Source: a virus
Taxonomy: Duplodnaviria; Caudoviricetes
Reading direction: 5' to 3' (one strand)
DNA length: 28,749 bases
IMG/VR virus record: IMGVR_UViG_3300027186_000018
Location: 1-28,749 of that record
The notes under the pieces were generated by a model. That model was not told the origin of the DNA. It saw only the letters and a list, made by a program, of their open reading frames with translations, and made no database searches. Positions 16,601 to 26,458 of the stretch are shown in pieces. Position numbers and translations under genes: made by a program. Positions within the stretch are counted from its first letter, which is position 1. Each line of letters opens with the position of its first letter.

Positions 16601-18295
16601 CTCTGTAACAGTTTTTACAACTTTCTGATTTTCAAAAGAGTCTCCGTACATTCTAGCCATATTTCCTACGTACTCAGCAGAGTCATTCAAGAAAATAGTT
16701 TCTACGCCGTTAGTAGCTCCTCCCGGTTTTTGAAATATAAGATTAGAAAGAACCTTGTTCCAGCCTCCCAAAGCATCAGACTTGGTTGCCACTGTACCTG
16801 CGCTATGAAACTTTACAGCCGTGTTTACATTCTGCTGTGCGGCTTCACCTAAAGCCAATTTAGCTGTGTCTAAGTCTAAGGCAGTCAAGTTCATCTTTTG
16901 TATAACTTTTTGATACTGTCCAAGAGCAGCACCTGCTCCAATAAGACCAACCATTAACGCAGTGTCATCCTCATCTCCGATAAAACCGGAAGAAACGTAC
17001 CCGCCTATGCCACCTATAATAGGTCTTGTAGGCTCAAAGATTAAAGACTTTATTATATTATCTGTTAGCTTGTTATTTTTATTTAAATCTTCCAAAACAT
17101 TACCAGCTAAATCTACTCTAGCCGTTGCGGCTTTAATGTGTCCACCATAAAAATTATCTTTAGCAGAGGATATCTTAGTCTGAATAGAATCAACTTGATT
17201 TAACAATCTATTTCTATAGTCTTTAGCACCCTTAGCACCTTTTTTAGGTTGAGATTCTGCTTGAGTCCTAAAAAAGTTTATCTGCTCATCTATTTCTTTT
17301 AAAGACGGTAAAGGCTTTCCTTGGTCTTGAGCTTCTTTAATAAGATCTTTTCTTTCCTTTTCAGATTTTTTAAGAAGATCCTCTGCGCGTACTTCTGATT
17401 TCTGCAAAGCTTTTAGATCAGCAAGAACACTTTCTAACTGTTTAATAGGTTCATAACGCATAGTTAAATTTGTACCAGTTGCTGTAGCTTCTGGTATAGC
17501 TGCTATCCTAGACTCCACAGTAACAACTCTTCTTGTAGCCTCTTCAACAGCAGAGGCTTCTTCGTTGGTAAGAGCGGTAACAATTACTCTAGGTTTCTGA
17601 CCTGCCTCCGTAGAACCCCGTACACGTACTCTTTCTTTAGCCTGTTGCGTCTGAACAGTGGGAGCTTCAATAGAAACTCTTTCTGTAGCTGTTGGAGAAG
17701 AACCCACCTCGTCAAAAGCTTCTGAAACCCTTTTGTCTATAGGCTGTTTATTCCTAACCTTAGACGCTAAGTGTCCACTTAATGCACCTAGTGAACCGCC
17801 TAACACAGTAGCAGCTCCTACGTTTATAGGATTGATTTCACCGTAAACAAGCTGATCTCGAAGAGCAGCATCTGTAGCATTAAAGCCAGCACCCGCTGCT
17901 GCACCTGCTAACTTACCTGCCTTAGCAACCTTTAACCACGGAAACAACCATGTAACAGGGTCGGCAACAGCAACGCCTAAACGACCTGTTAGCTCCGCAG
18001 CTCCTTCTTTAGCTTCAGAAATACCTTTAAACTTTGGATACTCTTTAAAAATATCACGCTGCCTTTCATCCTCTACCCTAGATAAAGCAGTATCATAGCT
18101 TACATCGTCTGTAATAGAGTCGTATAAAGCTTCTCCGTACCTAAACAGATTACCTGTTAGAGTCGTTTCTTGAGCAGCCCCGTAAGCAATTTTTTCAGCC
18201 GTTGCTAGTTGATCATAGTTATCTTCGTTGTCTAGCATTAACTGACGTTGAGCGTTAGCACGTTGCATTATTTCTTCTTCAGAAAATAAATCCAT
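13670..18295 (-). CDS. large probable internal virion/ejection protein with a C-terminal SAM-dependent methyltransferase domain
   Basis: 1541 aa, last and largest of the internal-protein block (the T7 gp16 position), with Gly/Ala hydrophobic segments. The C-terminus reads LDYGAGKG...IISTNVINVL...GGKALI. Confidence 0.75.
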   Translation of the reverse strand: MDLFSEEEIMQRANAQRQLMLDNEDNYDQLATAEKIAYGAAQETTLTGNLFRYGEALYDSITDDVSYDTALSRVEDERQRDIFKEYPKFKGISEAKEGAAELTGRLGVAVADPVTWLFPWLKVAKAGKLAGAAAGAGFNATDAALRDQLVYGEINPINVGAATVLGGSLGALSGHLASKVRNKQPIDKRVSEAFDEVGSSPTATERVSIEAPTVQTQQAKERVRVRGSTEAGQKPRVIVTALTNEEASAVEEATRRVVTVESRIAAIPEATATGTNLTMRYEPIKQLESVLADLKALQKSEVRAEDLLKKSEKERKDLIKEAQDQGKPLPSLKEIDEQINFFRTQAESQPKKGAKGAKDYRNRLLNQVDSIQTKISSAKDNFYGGHIKAATARVDLAGNVLEDLNKNNKLTDNIIKSLIFEPTRPIIGGIGGYVSSGFIGDEDDTALMVGLIGAGAALGQYQKVIQKMNLTALDLDTAKLALGEAAQQNVNTAVKFHSAGTVATKSDALGGWNKVLSNLIFQKPGGATNGVETIFLNDSAEYVGNMARMYGDSFENQKVVKTVTEVLRGWRGIDEIEEGYAGISGLFKNNGLTAEDVSEVKRIVPLVAQANGKLKGTMREAGIEFTDIENYGLAQLWDFKFIRKGGEKSFLKDVRTALEIQAKNKVSAGLRKTMPTDDAIDKAASRFVDNIRGVPRAQGAKNTYESLSIFGPDGRFRPLASNFEKHRVLTDVEATSFMAEKGWLNLDSTAISMQYADRAIKMRSWANTIGANGELFNRALDDTTRAFKNATGDSAKFEATYIKNLKGMAEIFWGVHGAVPNSNSMGVTGMALVTTLANTTMLTRVSISALGDLVQPIQNSGVMPAIKSIMSRVQPGESFSSKSGFKYDKSFEREYSAMMAHGTDPFDSVQGALDTWNRKFFNIVQLPRITRVARGFAYDVGVRRAFDLSKEVAGKGNKISSSVQKEMSELGIQSLDELKMLSKYEDVTKAFDADDAQKVLNMAGRRAADRDAIVPMYGNRLFFTQSGNPYIKSLGQFLSWSQAKTAQTNALVGRVENGDGALAVRALGLGSVYMGVQSLREWASPYERRDAESHEALDTKHIKESLKLSGNILPWHVDKLVGALGSPSNRLISSNISPSLSYADGFLDSLTRSYNNIKEGDFEGAAKNVAEKLPFGREVIGYSKRITGSPILEDRPDYNKGGEVLDVPNAPPEPDQRIDKMTGMPYDQQAGIAFTDQEDRQDPLQRMGFGAGGSVQQDPLQRMGFGAGSLVTRLGTKALRLFDDEVVEELPLKNTDELIEEGDKLSKALQDGEEAPSYVVEKSGDDLDAALKANSASKTTQRANTVGTATKASSYLDSLGVKGRSLDYGAGKGLNAKANKIDDTFEPFPEQEFNPTFMSPSEIPKNKYGKIISTNVINVLPPSLREEAVFNIGNALKVGGKALIQTWDAGAAKAGMASKKATTVKEEPLAFTTSTGSYQKGFTKEELSKYVTDVLGDSFEVSTVPNKQGISGVSVVITKIRNRNNKGGKVLNSLRSKLNNV
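14493..14575 (-). repeat. tandem direct repeat, 2 x 35 bp with a 48-bp period, encoding QDPLQRMGFGAG
   Basis: 14493-14527 versus 14541-14575: five mismatches, all synonymous. Confidence 0.9.
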
Positions 18296-18305
18296 ATCTT
18301 AATCC

Positions 18306-20894
18306 TTAAACAGATAATAAAGCTAATACTTGATTTGCTAACTCTTTACCATAAGAAGACGTTAAAGTTTTTTTCAAATCTTTATCTGAAATAGCATTTA
18401 GATTACGAAGCTGTTTAACTTCTTCAGCTATTTGACGAGCTTCAACAGGCATTGCATCCAACGCAGAACTAATTTCATCCTGAACAGGACTTTTATTTTT
18501 TATACTATCAGCTTTTAAAGGTACTGACTGTCCTAGTATTCCTAAGAGTGTTTTAATTTGATCCTCTTCAGGGTCTATTAATTTCTTAGGAGCATTGTCT
18601 TGTAAAATCGTTAACACTTTTTGTAGCTGTTCATCAGTAGGATCAACAAGTCCACTCATAACCTCACGTACCTGAGAACGACTTAGATCTGCTCCTAGTT
18701 GCTCTTTTACTTCAGTTTTCATTTTACTTACCACACCCCTTCCTTCCTTAGTGGCAACAGAAGGAACGTCAAAAGAGTTAACAATTTCTTGAGCTTCAAT
18801 AGATAAAGAACTTTGATCTGCAATAGAAGAAGTAGGCTTACGACTGTCTGAAAATCCCTTGTTCCTTTCAATATCATAAAGAAGACCTTGCTGCCTATCT
18901 GATGGCGTTGCAGGTGCTTCTAATAAGCTAGAGGTTTCCTCAAGAGGAATAGGTTCAAGAGCAGAAGTAGCCGTAATAGAAGGAACATCCGACTTAGATT
19001 TAGGAAGAAACGATCTTCGAGCATCGCCTATAGTAGGATCTAACGCTTCTATCCAAGAACCCACATCTACAGGATCAGGAGTTCCTCCTAAAAAGGTGCT
19101 TTTAGAAGCCATTCTTCTAAAATTTTCTCTAGTGTTTTCACTACGATACCTCCCATCCACCATTTTTATTAGCGTGTCTAGCCCTGAACCCGGAACTATA
19201 TTACTACCACTTTCTGTTTTAGGAGTAGTGTAATTTGATACATCAACACCACTTCTTTCATAAGCAGCAATACGCTTTTCTTGTTCGGCTCCAGATAAAG
19301 ACTCTATTTGATCTATATCTACCTGTTCTAAAGGTACAATAATATTTACGTCTCTAGAAGACGGTCTACCAGAGCTAACATCCCTTGATAACTGCTGAAC
19401 GCGGCGGCGGCTTTCTGGACTAACATCTTGTTGCCAAACAGATGTATAATCAAAACCACTATCAGCTAAAGCACCAGTATATTTAACGTCCGTAACGCTT
19501 GACCAGCCTAACAGATTTGTTTCTTTCTTACCGCCTGTAAAGTCCAAAGAGTTTAGAGCTGAAGTAGCACCCTGCATAATTATACCTAATTGATCAGAAG
19601 GGCTAGTTCTTTGTATGTAGCTTTCTTGATCATCAACAGACATACTATCGTAATGCCTTGCAAAATTTAGCTGCGCTGAAGTAACAGCAGATCCCGTAAG
19701 AGCCGCCCACTTAGCATCTACTTTTGTTTTAATAGCAGAAGAGGCTTTATTATAACCGTCAGAAGCCCCAAACTGTTCTGCTACATTGTCTTTAAACGCA
19801 ACTTTAGTAGCTTGAATAAGAGGATTTGTAGCTAAACTTTCTTCAAGAGTGTTACGTTGACTGACATTAATCTTTAATCCAAAAAGATCCAGCTCATCCC
19901 CAAGATGTTGAATAACTTGCTGCTGCCGTGGCGCTCTGCTTTTAGGGTCTTTTGCTTTAAGATTTCTATAAGCCCTTATAACAGATTTAGATGCTGTTCC
20001 TTGGTTGACTGCTATTACAAAAGCTTTATGATCTTGCTCACCAGCCCACCAGTTTTGTAATATTGGGTCTTTGCTTTGAGAAAGCATTTCTATTTTATTT
20101 TCTAACTTAGACACACTTAAACCTGCTTTAGAAGCTTCTAAAAGCTCTGAAGTTTCATCATCATCTAAGCCTAAACCCTGCCTAGCAACCATAATGGCTC
20201 TTTCTTTTTCTTGTTGGGTAGGGCCTTTAAAAGCTTCTAAAGGTGAAGTACCTGTTAATGTTCTCTTTAAACCCCTAAAAAATCCTCCTACTGGGCCAGA
20301 AGCGTAAGGAGTTGACTTTGCTAAAATATCGGTTACATCTTGACCTTTTTTAAAAGCAGCTACCGCATCTCTTCCTGACACATATTGATTATTTTCTTCT
20401 GTAGCTCTTTCTTTTATACTATTATTTAAACTTGCTCTATATTGATTATACATAACTGCAACTTCAGAATCTTTAAGATCTTGCTCTGTGTAACCTTGAT
20501 CCATGAAAAACTGTCGAGAGCTTTCATCTGCTTCTTTTGTAAGCTTATCAAAATGGTATTCATAAGAGTCACCTTGAAAGTCAGTATCTATTTTTTTCCC
20601 AATCAGACCATATCTTTCTTGTTGTTTTTTGATAGCTTTTAAATCTTTTTTAAGTAAACGTCCTTGTTCAGTTTTCAAAAGTTTTTCTACAGGTTTTTCA
20701 AAAGGAGCAGAGATAAGATTAGACACGCCTTTTGCCAGCTCTTGTCCTAAAGGAGCAATAACATACCCAAGAAGTTGATCTCTTCTTGCTCGCTTTCTAT
20801 ACTCCTCTTCTTCCTTACGCCTACGGTTATACTCAGCAGTAGTACCAGCTCCTAAAATAGAATAAGCTTTATACAGGTCATTGTTCTCAGCCAT
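18306..20894 (-). CDS. probable internal virion protein
   Basis: 862-aa helical/low-complexity ORF at the gp15-like position; no motif recognised. Confidence 0.6.
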   Translation of the reverse strand: MAENNDLYKAYSILGAGTTAEYNRRRKEEEEYRKRARRDQLLGYVIAPLGQELAKGVSNLISAPFEKPVEKLLKTEQGRLLKKDLKAIKKQQERYGLIGKKIDTDFQGDSYEYHFDKLTKEADESSRQFFMDQGYTEQDLKDSEVAVMYNQYRASLNNSIKERATEENNQYVSGRDAVAAFKKGQDVTDILAKSTPYASGPVGGFFRGLKRTLTGTSPLEAFKGPTQQEKERAIMVARQGLGLDDDETSELLEASKAGLSVSKLENKIEMLSQSKDPILQNWWAGEQDHKAFVIAVNQGTASKSVIRAYRNLKAKDPKSRAPRQQQVIQHLGDELDLFGLKINVSQRNTLEESLATNPLIQATKVAFKDNVAEQFGASDGYNKASSAIKTKVDAKWAALTGSAVTSAQLNFARHYDSMSVDDQESYIQRTSPSDQLGIIMQGATSALNSLDFTGGKKETNLLGWSSVTDVKYTGALADSGFDYTSVWQQDVSPESRRRVQQLSRDVSSGRPSSRDVNIIVPLEQVDIDQIESLSGAEQEKRIAAYERSGVDVSNYTTPKTESGSNIVPGSGLDTLIKMVDGRYRSENTRENFRRMASKSTFLGGTPDPVDVGSWIEALDPTIGDARRSFLPKSKSDVPSITATSALEPIPLEETSSLLEAPATPSDRQQGLLYDIERNKGFSDSRKPTSSIADQSSLSIEAQEIVNSFDVPSVATKEGRGVVSKMKTEVKEQLGADLSRSQVREVMSGLVDPTDEQLQKVLTILQDNAPKKLIDPEEDQIKTLLGILGQSVPLKADSIKNKSPVQDEISSALDAMPVEARQIAEEVKQLRNLNAISDKDLKKTLTSSYGKELANQVLALLSV

Positions 20895-21443
20895 TTACTT
20901 TTCTCCTAACAAAGAACGCTGCTTAGGCGGTTCTACTTTATCTAGCTTGTTTGCAAGCTCAACAGGAAATTCATCATCCATCTGAGGCTTTTGAATTGTG
21001 CTTAGTTTTTGATCCATAACAGAAGGCTGTGGAGCATCAGAGTCTTCGTCATCCTCGTCTTCGTCTTCGTCATCTTCTGCAATAATAAAATCTACGTCAG
21101 CTCTTTCTGCTAGTGCAGCTATCATATAAGCAAGCGGTTCAGCAATCAGTATCATCATATCAGGATTAAACAGTCCGTCCTGAAAGCCTTGGAATAACAA
21201 AACCTTCACGATGTCCATAACTGGTATACCCTCTTCAAGAGAGTCTAAAACACTTATATAAGTTTCTTCTTCTGTAAGCATCTCAAAATAGTTTTCTAAA
21301 ACATCTGTCCTGTTAGTAAACTGCGGAGGTTTTTCAAAAGGAGCAGGGCTTTCTGGATCTCTTGTTAAAGACTGTCCGGGTATAGCTCTATTAAAAGATG
21401 TACCAACTTTAAAGAAAGCATCGTCTATTGCTTGATCTGCCAT
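20895..21443 (-). CDS. hypothetical virion-associated protein
   Basis: 182 aa with IPGQSLT..P...PFEKPPQF and an acidic linker; lies within the structural operon. Confidence 0.6.
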   Translation of the reverse strand: MADQAIDDAFFKVGTSFNRAIPGQSLTRDPESPAPFEKPPQFTNRTDVLENYFEMLTEEETYISVLDSLEEGIPVMDIVKVLLFQGFQDGLFNPDMMILIAEPLAYMIAALAERADVDFIIAEDDEDEDEDDEDSDAPQPSVMDQKLSTIQKPQMDDEFPVELANKLDKVEPPKQRSLLGEK

Positions 21444-21445
21444 GC

Positions 21446-22597
21446 TTAACCCCCTTGCCCTGCGTAACGCTGCATATAACTATTATAAAAATCAATACCG
21501 CCGTAAGCACCCTGTGGATCAGTATTGAAGACCGCCATATTCTGCTGTGCAAAAGATTCAAAGCTCATAGGAGCAGCGCTTTCTTGTTGGCTCCGAGCGT
21601 AACCAGATTGATAAGCAGAGGGGTTGTTTGCTCTCCAAGATAGGCCTTGATCATATTCTTCAGGGCCTAGACCAACAAGATTAGACAAACCTTCTTTAAA
21701 TGTGCTTTTTACTATACTACCGGGAGCTGCTAACAGGCTGTCTACAGCATAGTCTTTTACCTTACCCGGAGCAGCTTTTAAAGCACCACCTATAGTTTGC
21801 TCACCTGTCACCCTTTCAACGCCTCTAGAAAACCAGCTTTGGTCTTCAGCTACTTCTGCTGTAGGAGATATTCCAACAGAGGTAGAATTAGGGAATGTTG
21901 CTTTTACTGGGTCTATTAAACCTTTATCAGTATTTATATTATCAATACGATTACCGTTAGCATCAATTTTAAAACTCTTATCAGCCGCTGTTTTTTGCTG
22001 CTCTTTTATTTTGTTTCCAACGTCTTCTTTAATACTTTCTAACTCTTTATTATCTTGTACTTTAATATCAAAAGCTGATTTTTCACCGGCAGTCATTATG
22101 CCTCTGTCAGCAAAGTCTGCTGTAGTAGAGTTCCAAAAGTTGCTTGCTTGATCTCCAAGCTTTGCAAAACTATCAGTAAGCCTACCGCCAAAGCCTTGTT
22201 GTCCAAAAGCTTGACTAAGAGTTTGATTAGTCCCTATTCCTAGCTTACCACCAACATACTTAGCAGTAGTCCCGATAAAGTCAGTAACAGCTCCTGTAAC
22301 AGTTTTAAAACCTGTTGCAATTGTCTTAGCAAATGTACCAGCTTTACCTAGTACCCAGCCAGCAGCCTTACCTATAGACCCTAACGCTCCTCCTGCTAAG
22401 GCAGAAGTAGCAGTTCCGAATCCTGCCATTAAAGCATTACCTATCCCCGGAAGAATAAAAGCCATAGCAATCTGACCGACAATGCCGATCTTATTCATAA
22501 ACTTTCCAACTTTTTTAAATACGGATTTAACAGTTTTGCCAATCTTTTTCCAAACCTTGCCAACAGTTTTCTTCCATAATTTTTTAAAAAACCCCAT
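21446..22597 (-). CDS. probable ejection/membrane-penetrating protein
   Basis: Cationic amphipathic N-terminus followed by a Gly/Ala hydrophobic tract; AGGAG RBS. Confidence 0.6.
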   Translation of the reverse strand: MGFFKKLWKKTVGKVWKKIGKTVKSVFKKVGKFMNKIGIVGQIAMAFILPGIGNALMAGFGTATSALAGGALGSIGKAAGWVLGKAGTFAKTIATGFKTVTGAVTDFIGTTAKYVGGKLGIGTNQTLSQAFGQQGFGGRLTDSFAKLGDQASNFWNSTTADFADRGIMTAGEKSAFDIKVQDNKELESIKEDVGNKIKEQQKTAADKSFKIDANGNRIDNINTDKGLIDPVKATFPNSTSVGISPTAEVAEDQSWFSRGVERVTGEQTIGGALKAAPGKVKDYAVDSLLAAPGSIVKSTFKEGLSNLVGLGPEEYDQGLSWRANNPSAYQSGYARSQQESAAPMSFESFAQQNMAVFNTDPQGAYGGIDFYNSYMQRYAGQGG

Positions 22598-22619
22598 CTA
22601 TACTTCTCCTATAGTAATA

Positions 22620-25600
22620 CTAAGTACCAGTAACTTTCTTTAAAAGCCTGAAAATTTCTTCTCTTTTATTAGCCATATTTTTATCAGTCATAAAAGCCTC
22701 GTTAGAAAGCGCTGACTGAACAACAGTTACAAGCCTATCGTCTTGTGCCATGTCTGTCCTAAAAATTCTATCTGCATCATCTCTTAAACCTTGCCACATT
22801 TGAGTCTGCTCTGTAATATCCATCTGAAACTCAAAACCTGCTTGTTGTTGATTAGCTGCATTTTGAGCAGCAGTATTTGCCGTGTTAAGACCACGCCGCC
22901 ACGTTAAATCTGCCTGTTGGATTGCTTGTGCATTAGCTGCGTTCCACTGTTCAGCTTTAAAGTCTTGATCAGAGTTAAACTGCTTAACCTGCGTAGCAAT
23001 CTGAGTGTTAAACTTTTCAGCCTCTAAAGCGTTACCAGCGTCCATTGCAGCCATCCTGTTTTTTTCTGCTGCATTAAACTGAGTCATAGCATTTTGTTGT
23101 GAAGTATTAAACTGGTTTGCGTTCTGACCTAGCGTAGCCATAAACTGATTTGTTTGATTTTCAGATGTAGCATTAAACTGCTTAGAAGCGTTAGTAGCAG
23201 ATTGGTTAGACAACAAAGTCTGTTGATCCATTTGAGCATTCATCATATTAGCTTGTTGCTCGTTACTTAGGTTAGCCATATCCATTGCTAAAAAGCTTTT
23301 AGAGTTTTCAATGTTTACCTTAGTTACTGCATCAGCATTAGCTAAATCCATAGCTGCATTAGCCGTAGCATTCTGCATCATTGCTTGCTGCCTGTTGTCC
23401 AAATCTTTAACAGTCATTGTTTGCATAAATTGACTATTAGCTATTTCCGTTTGCTGATTAGCGTCAAACTGTTTCATGTCCATGTTAGCGTCTATCTGAG
23501 CATTGAACATTGCAGCGTCTTGCTTGTTAGATAAATTAGCAAGACCCATTTGCTGCGCAAGCTGCGCGTTAGTCTGTGCGGCTGACATTTTCTTTTCAAA
23601 CTTTTGAAGCTCTACCATATTTTCAGCAGACATAGATTCTGAATCAGCTTGGTTCTGAGCTGTCAGATTTGCCAAGCTCATTTTTTCTTTAGCATTTAGC
23701 TTTGCTGCCTGTGCATTTAATCTTAAATCTTCGTTTTTACTCATAACATCAACATAAGTAACGTATTCTTGCAGCTTCATACGATTAGCTTCAGTCATAT
23801 TAGCAGAATCTGTAGCTGCTCTTTCGGCTAAATTAGCCATTTCCATTTGTTGTTCGTTATTAAGATTAGCAAGATCCATCTGCTGTGCAAGGCTTGCATT
23901 AGTCTTTTTAAAGTCTACAAGAGTTTGTAAATTAGTAAGACGTTCTTGATTTTCAGAATTCATTGTATCTTTAGCTGCTGCATTCTGCTCGCTAAGATTA
24001 GTTAATTCCATTCGCAAACTAGAATCTAAATTAGCTTTTTCCATGTCCTGATCAAGTTCAGCTTGACGCATGATACGATTAATTTTAGCGTTATAACCAG
24101 CTAATCTTGCTTGTTGATCTGCATCTAAATTCTTACCTGCTGCAGCGTTAAGGGCTTCTAAGTTAGCTAAATCTGAACGGCTTCCTGCATCTAAATTAGC
24201 TAAAGCTGTTTGTTGCCTTTGCGAAGATTCCTGAGAAGCTTTCTGTTGAGCATTCTGAACATTCTGCTGCCTTACCTGTTGCTGTTGATCAGCCGTAGTA
24301 ATTGTAGCTTGCTGCTTAAACTGGCTTTGTTGTACTTTTATCTGCTGTGCCATGTCAGCAGTCTGAGAAGCCGCTGTCTGCTTATTAGATAAGTTAGCCA
24401 TTCTAACAGTCATAGTATTCTGAGCAGAAGCTAAGTTAGCCTGTTGCTCATTACTTAGGTTTTGAGCTGCTCGCTGCTGAAGGGCCTGTGCGTTGCTCTG
24501 AGCCATAGGTAGAGCACTTTGAATAATAGCATTAAACAAAGCATCACGGCCTACTGTGGACGCTGAGAGGCCTCTCTGAGCCATTTGCTGCTCTATGGCT
24601 GCTACCGCTGGTCTAGCCCATGCAGGAGTCTTACCGTCTTCCATACCTGCTAAGAGGTTTTCCATCTGTGTAGATACAAGAGCCTCTTCTGGTAAAGCAG
24701 CAACAGCCGCTATAACTTCAAGGTTTTCGCCTTTATCTATCTGAGCTTCTACTGTAGCGGGGTCTTCAGCTATTGCTGCAGTTACTTCAGGAGGAATATT
24801 ACCAACAACAGCCATCATATCAGACGCTGCTGCTTTACGTTCTTCGCCTGTAATAGCTTGCATTTGAGCAGCAGCCATAGTAGGAATACCACCAATTTGA
24901 GAAGCATCACCCTGTGGAGCAGTGCCTGTAATCGCTTCACGGCCTTCAAAGTCTACCGAAGGTGCGTCTCCTAATTGCGTAGCTACTTTTGTTTTAGCTT
25001 CGCCTACTTGAGCTTCTCTTTTTTTAGCTAAAGCAAACTCAGGTATCTTTTCAAGATCAACACCTTCTTCAGATATAATATCTAAAATTTCTTTCTGTTT
25101 TCTATTTGAAATAGTGTTAGCAATTCTTGAAGCCGCTACAGGATCTTCAGCATTTATAACTTTAAAGCGTTCATCAGTTGTTACACCTTCAGCATAATCT
25201 TTCGCTTCTGGCCTTTGAGCAGCCGTAGCTAAAGCCTCTTTTTCTTGTGCTGCATCTCTTCCAACCGCTTCAGCGCCTTGGGTTAATGTAGCTACACCAG
25301 CTTTAGCAGCGTCATCAAAAGTACCATCCGTAGCTGCTTCAGCTCTAGTACGGTCTTCGTCGCTTATTACATCAGCAGTAATAGTTTTAGCCGTTACTTT
25401 ATCTTGATCAGCAGCCGTTTTAGCCGTACCTTGTTCAACAGTAGTCGTACCGGCTGTAACATCTGTAGGATCAGCTATCTTATCCCTGTCCTCGCCTGTT
25501 GCTAGTTGTTGTATATCTTCTTCTGAAGTTTTTAAAGAAGGGTCATCGCTTTGGAAATCAGCTACGGTTCTACCACCAGCCATGTTTGCCATTTCCTGTG

Positions 25601-26453
25601 GAGTTTTTTGAAAAGTATTTCCAAGGCTATCAACAACAGAGTAGCTACCTGTCTCAGGATTATAAGTAGCTGACATAGAGCCTTCTTTAAAAGCTTGAGT
25701 TTCCATTAAAGCTGCATCTAATTGTTTGTAGTCAAAAACTTGACCAGCTTTAACAATCTCAGCTTTAGGCGGAACATAGTCTGCTCTTTGTTGCTTTAAC
25801 TCTTCTTTCTTTTCTTCAAGCTCTTCAGTAGTTACCAACTCGCTATCACTACCACTACCACCACCAGTATCGCCCTTAGAAGCTTGCCAAGCTTTTAAAG
25901 CCTCTCTATATGCTTCATTACCTTCTTTGCCTCTTCCATAATTTTCTCTTTCAGGCATCCCAGAAAGATCTTCATCAATATTAAAGTCAGTACCAACACC
26001 AGCAGACTGAGCCATAAGAGCCGTTCCAGCGTTTTGAGCTTGCGGGATATTTGCAGCCTTTCTAGCGTTTTGCTGTAGCCGTTCTTTAATAGATTTATCA
26101 GAGTTTTCTAAGTCGTTAAAAGATACGGCTTCTGTTCCTTCTGTACCGCCTAATTCTTTATAAGACTTTGTAGATTGTTGGCCTAACCCTGTACTCTCGC
26201 CTGTCCGTTGTTGCGGAAGAAAATCAAAACCTCCACTCATTTGTTGAAAGCCTTTACTATCATCTGTTTGTTTAGAGTCTTTCGTGAATATAGGATTAGA
26301 AGTTTTAGCTGTCTGAGTAGACTTTTTAGGGGCAACGCCTAATTGCTCTTCTAGCTCTTTTCTACCGCCACGGCGAGCATTAACACGGCCACCAGTATTA
26401 AACTTTTTCTTTAAAGCGTTAAGAGCCTTGCCTTTCTTTTTTTCATCAGTCAT
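22620..26453 (-). CDS. large Gln/Asn/Ala-rich coiled-coil protein, probable internal virion/DNA-ejection protein
   Basis: 1277 aa; the C-terminal half is built from ANLxNxQQ-type repeats. Confidence 0.65.
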   Translation of the reverse strand: MTDEKKKGKALNALKKKFNTGGRVNARRGGRKELEEQLGVAPKKSTQTAKTSNPIFTKDSKQTDDSKGFQQMSGGFDFLPQQRTGESTGLGQQSTKSYKELGGTEGTEAVSFNDLENSDKSIKERLQQNARKAANIPQAQNAGTALMAQSAGVGTDFNIDEDLSGMPERENYGRGKEGNEAYREALKAWQASKGDTGGGSGSDSELVTTEELEEKKEELKQQRADYVPPKAEIVKAGQVFDYKQLDAALMETQAFKEGSMSATYNPETGSYSVVDSLGNTFQKTPQEMANMAGGRTVADFQSDDPSLKTSEEDIQQLATGEDRDKIADPTDVTAGTTTVEQGTAKTAADQDKVTAKTITADVISDEDRTRAEAATDGTFDDAAKAGVATLTQGAEAVGRDAAQEKEALATAAQRPEAKDYAEGVTTDERFKVINAEDPVAASRIANTISNRKQKEILDIISEEGVDLEKIPEFALAKKREAQVGEAKTKVATQLGDAPSVDFEGREAITGTAPQGDASQIGGIPTMAAAQMQAITGEERKAAASDMMAVVGNIPPEVTAAIAEDPATVEAQIDKGENLEVIAAVAALPEEALVSTQMENLLAGMEDGKTPAWARPAVAAIEQQMAQRGLSASTVGRDALFNAIIQSALPMAQSNAQALQQRAAQNLSNEQQANLASAQNTMTVRMANLSNKQTAASQTADMAQQIKVQQSQFKQQATITTADQQQQVRQQNVQNAQQKASQESSQRQQTALANLDAGSRSDLANLEALNAAAGKNLDADQQARLAGYNAKINRIMRQAELDQDMEKANLDSSLRMELTNLSEQNAAAKDTMNSENQERLTNLQTLVDFKKTNASLAQQMDLANLNNEQQMEMANLAERAATDSANMTEANRMKLQEYVTYVDVMSKNEDLRLNAQAAKLNAKEKMSLANLTAQNQADSESMSAENMVELQKFEKKMSAAQTNAQLAQQMGLANLSNKQDAAMFNAQIDANMDMKQFDANQQTEIANSQFMQTMTVKDLDNRQQAMMQNATANAAMDLANADAVTKVNIENSKSFLAMDMANLSNEQQANMMNAQMDQQTLLSNQSATNASKQFNATSENQTNQFMATLGQNANQFNTSQQNAMTQFNAAEKNRMAAMDAGNALEAEKFNTQIATQVKQFNSDQDFKAEQWNAANAQAIQQADLTWRRGLNTANTAAQNAANQQQAGFEFQMDITEQTQMWQGLRDDADRIFRTDMAQDDRLVTVVQSALSNEAFMTDKNMANKREEIFRLLKKVTGT

Positions 26454-26458
26454 AATAT

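Noticed and set aside
21040-21080. TCGTCT/TCATCC short repeats
   Set aside because: They simply encode the Asp/Glu linker of the 182-aa protein.
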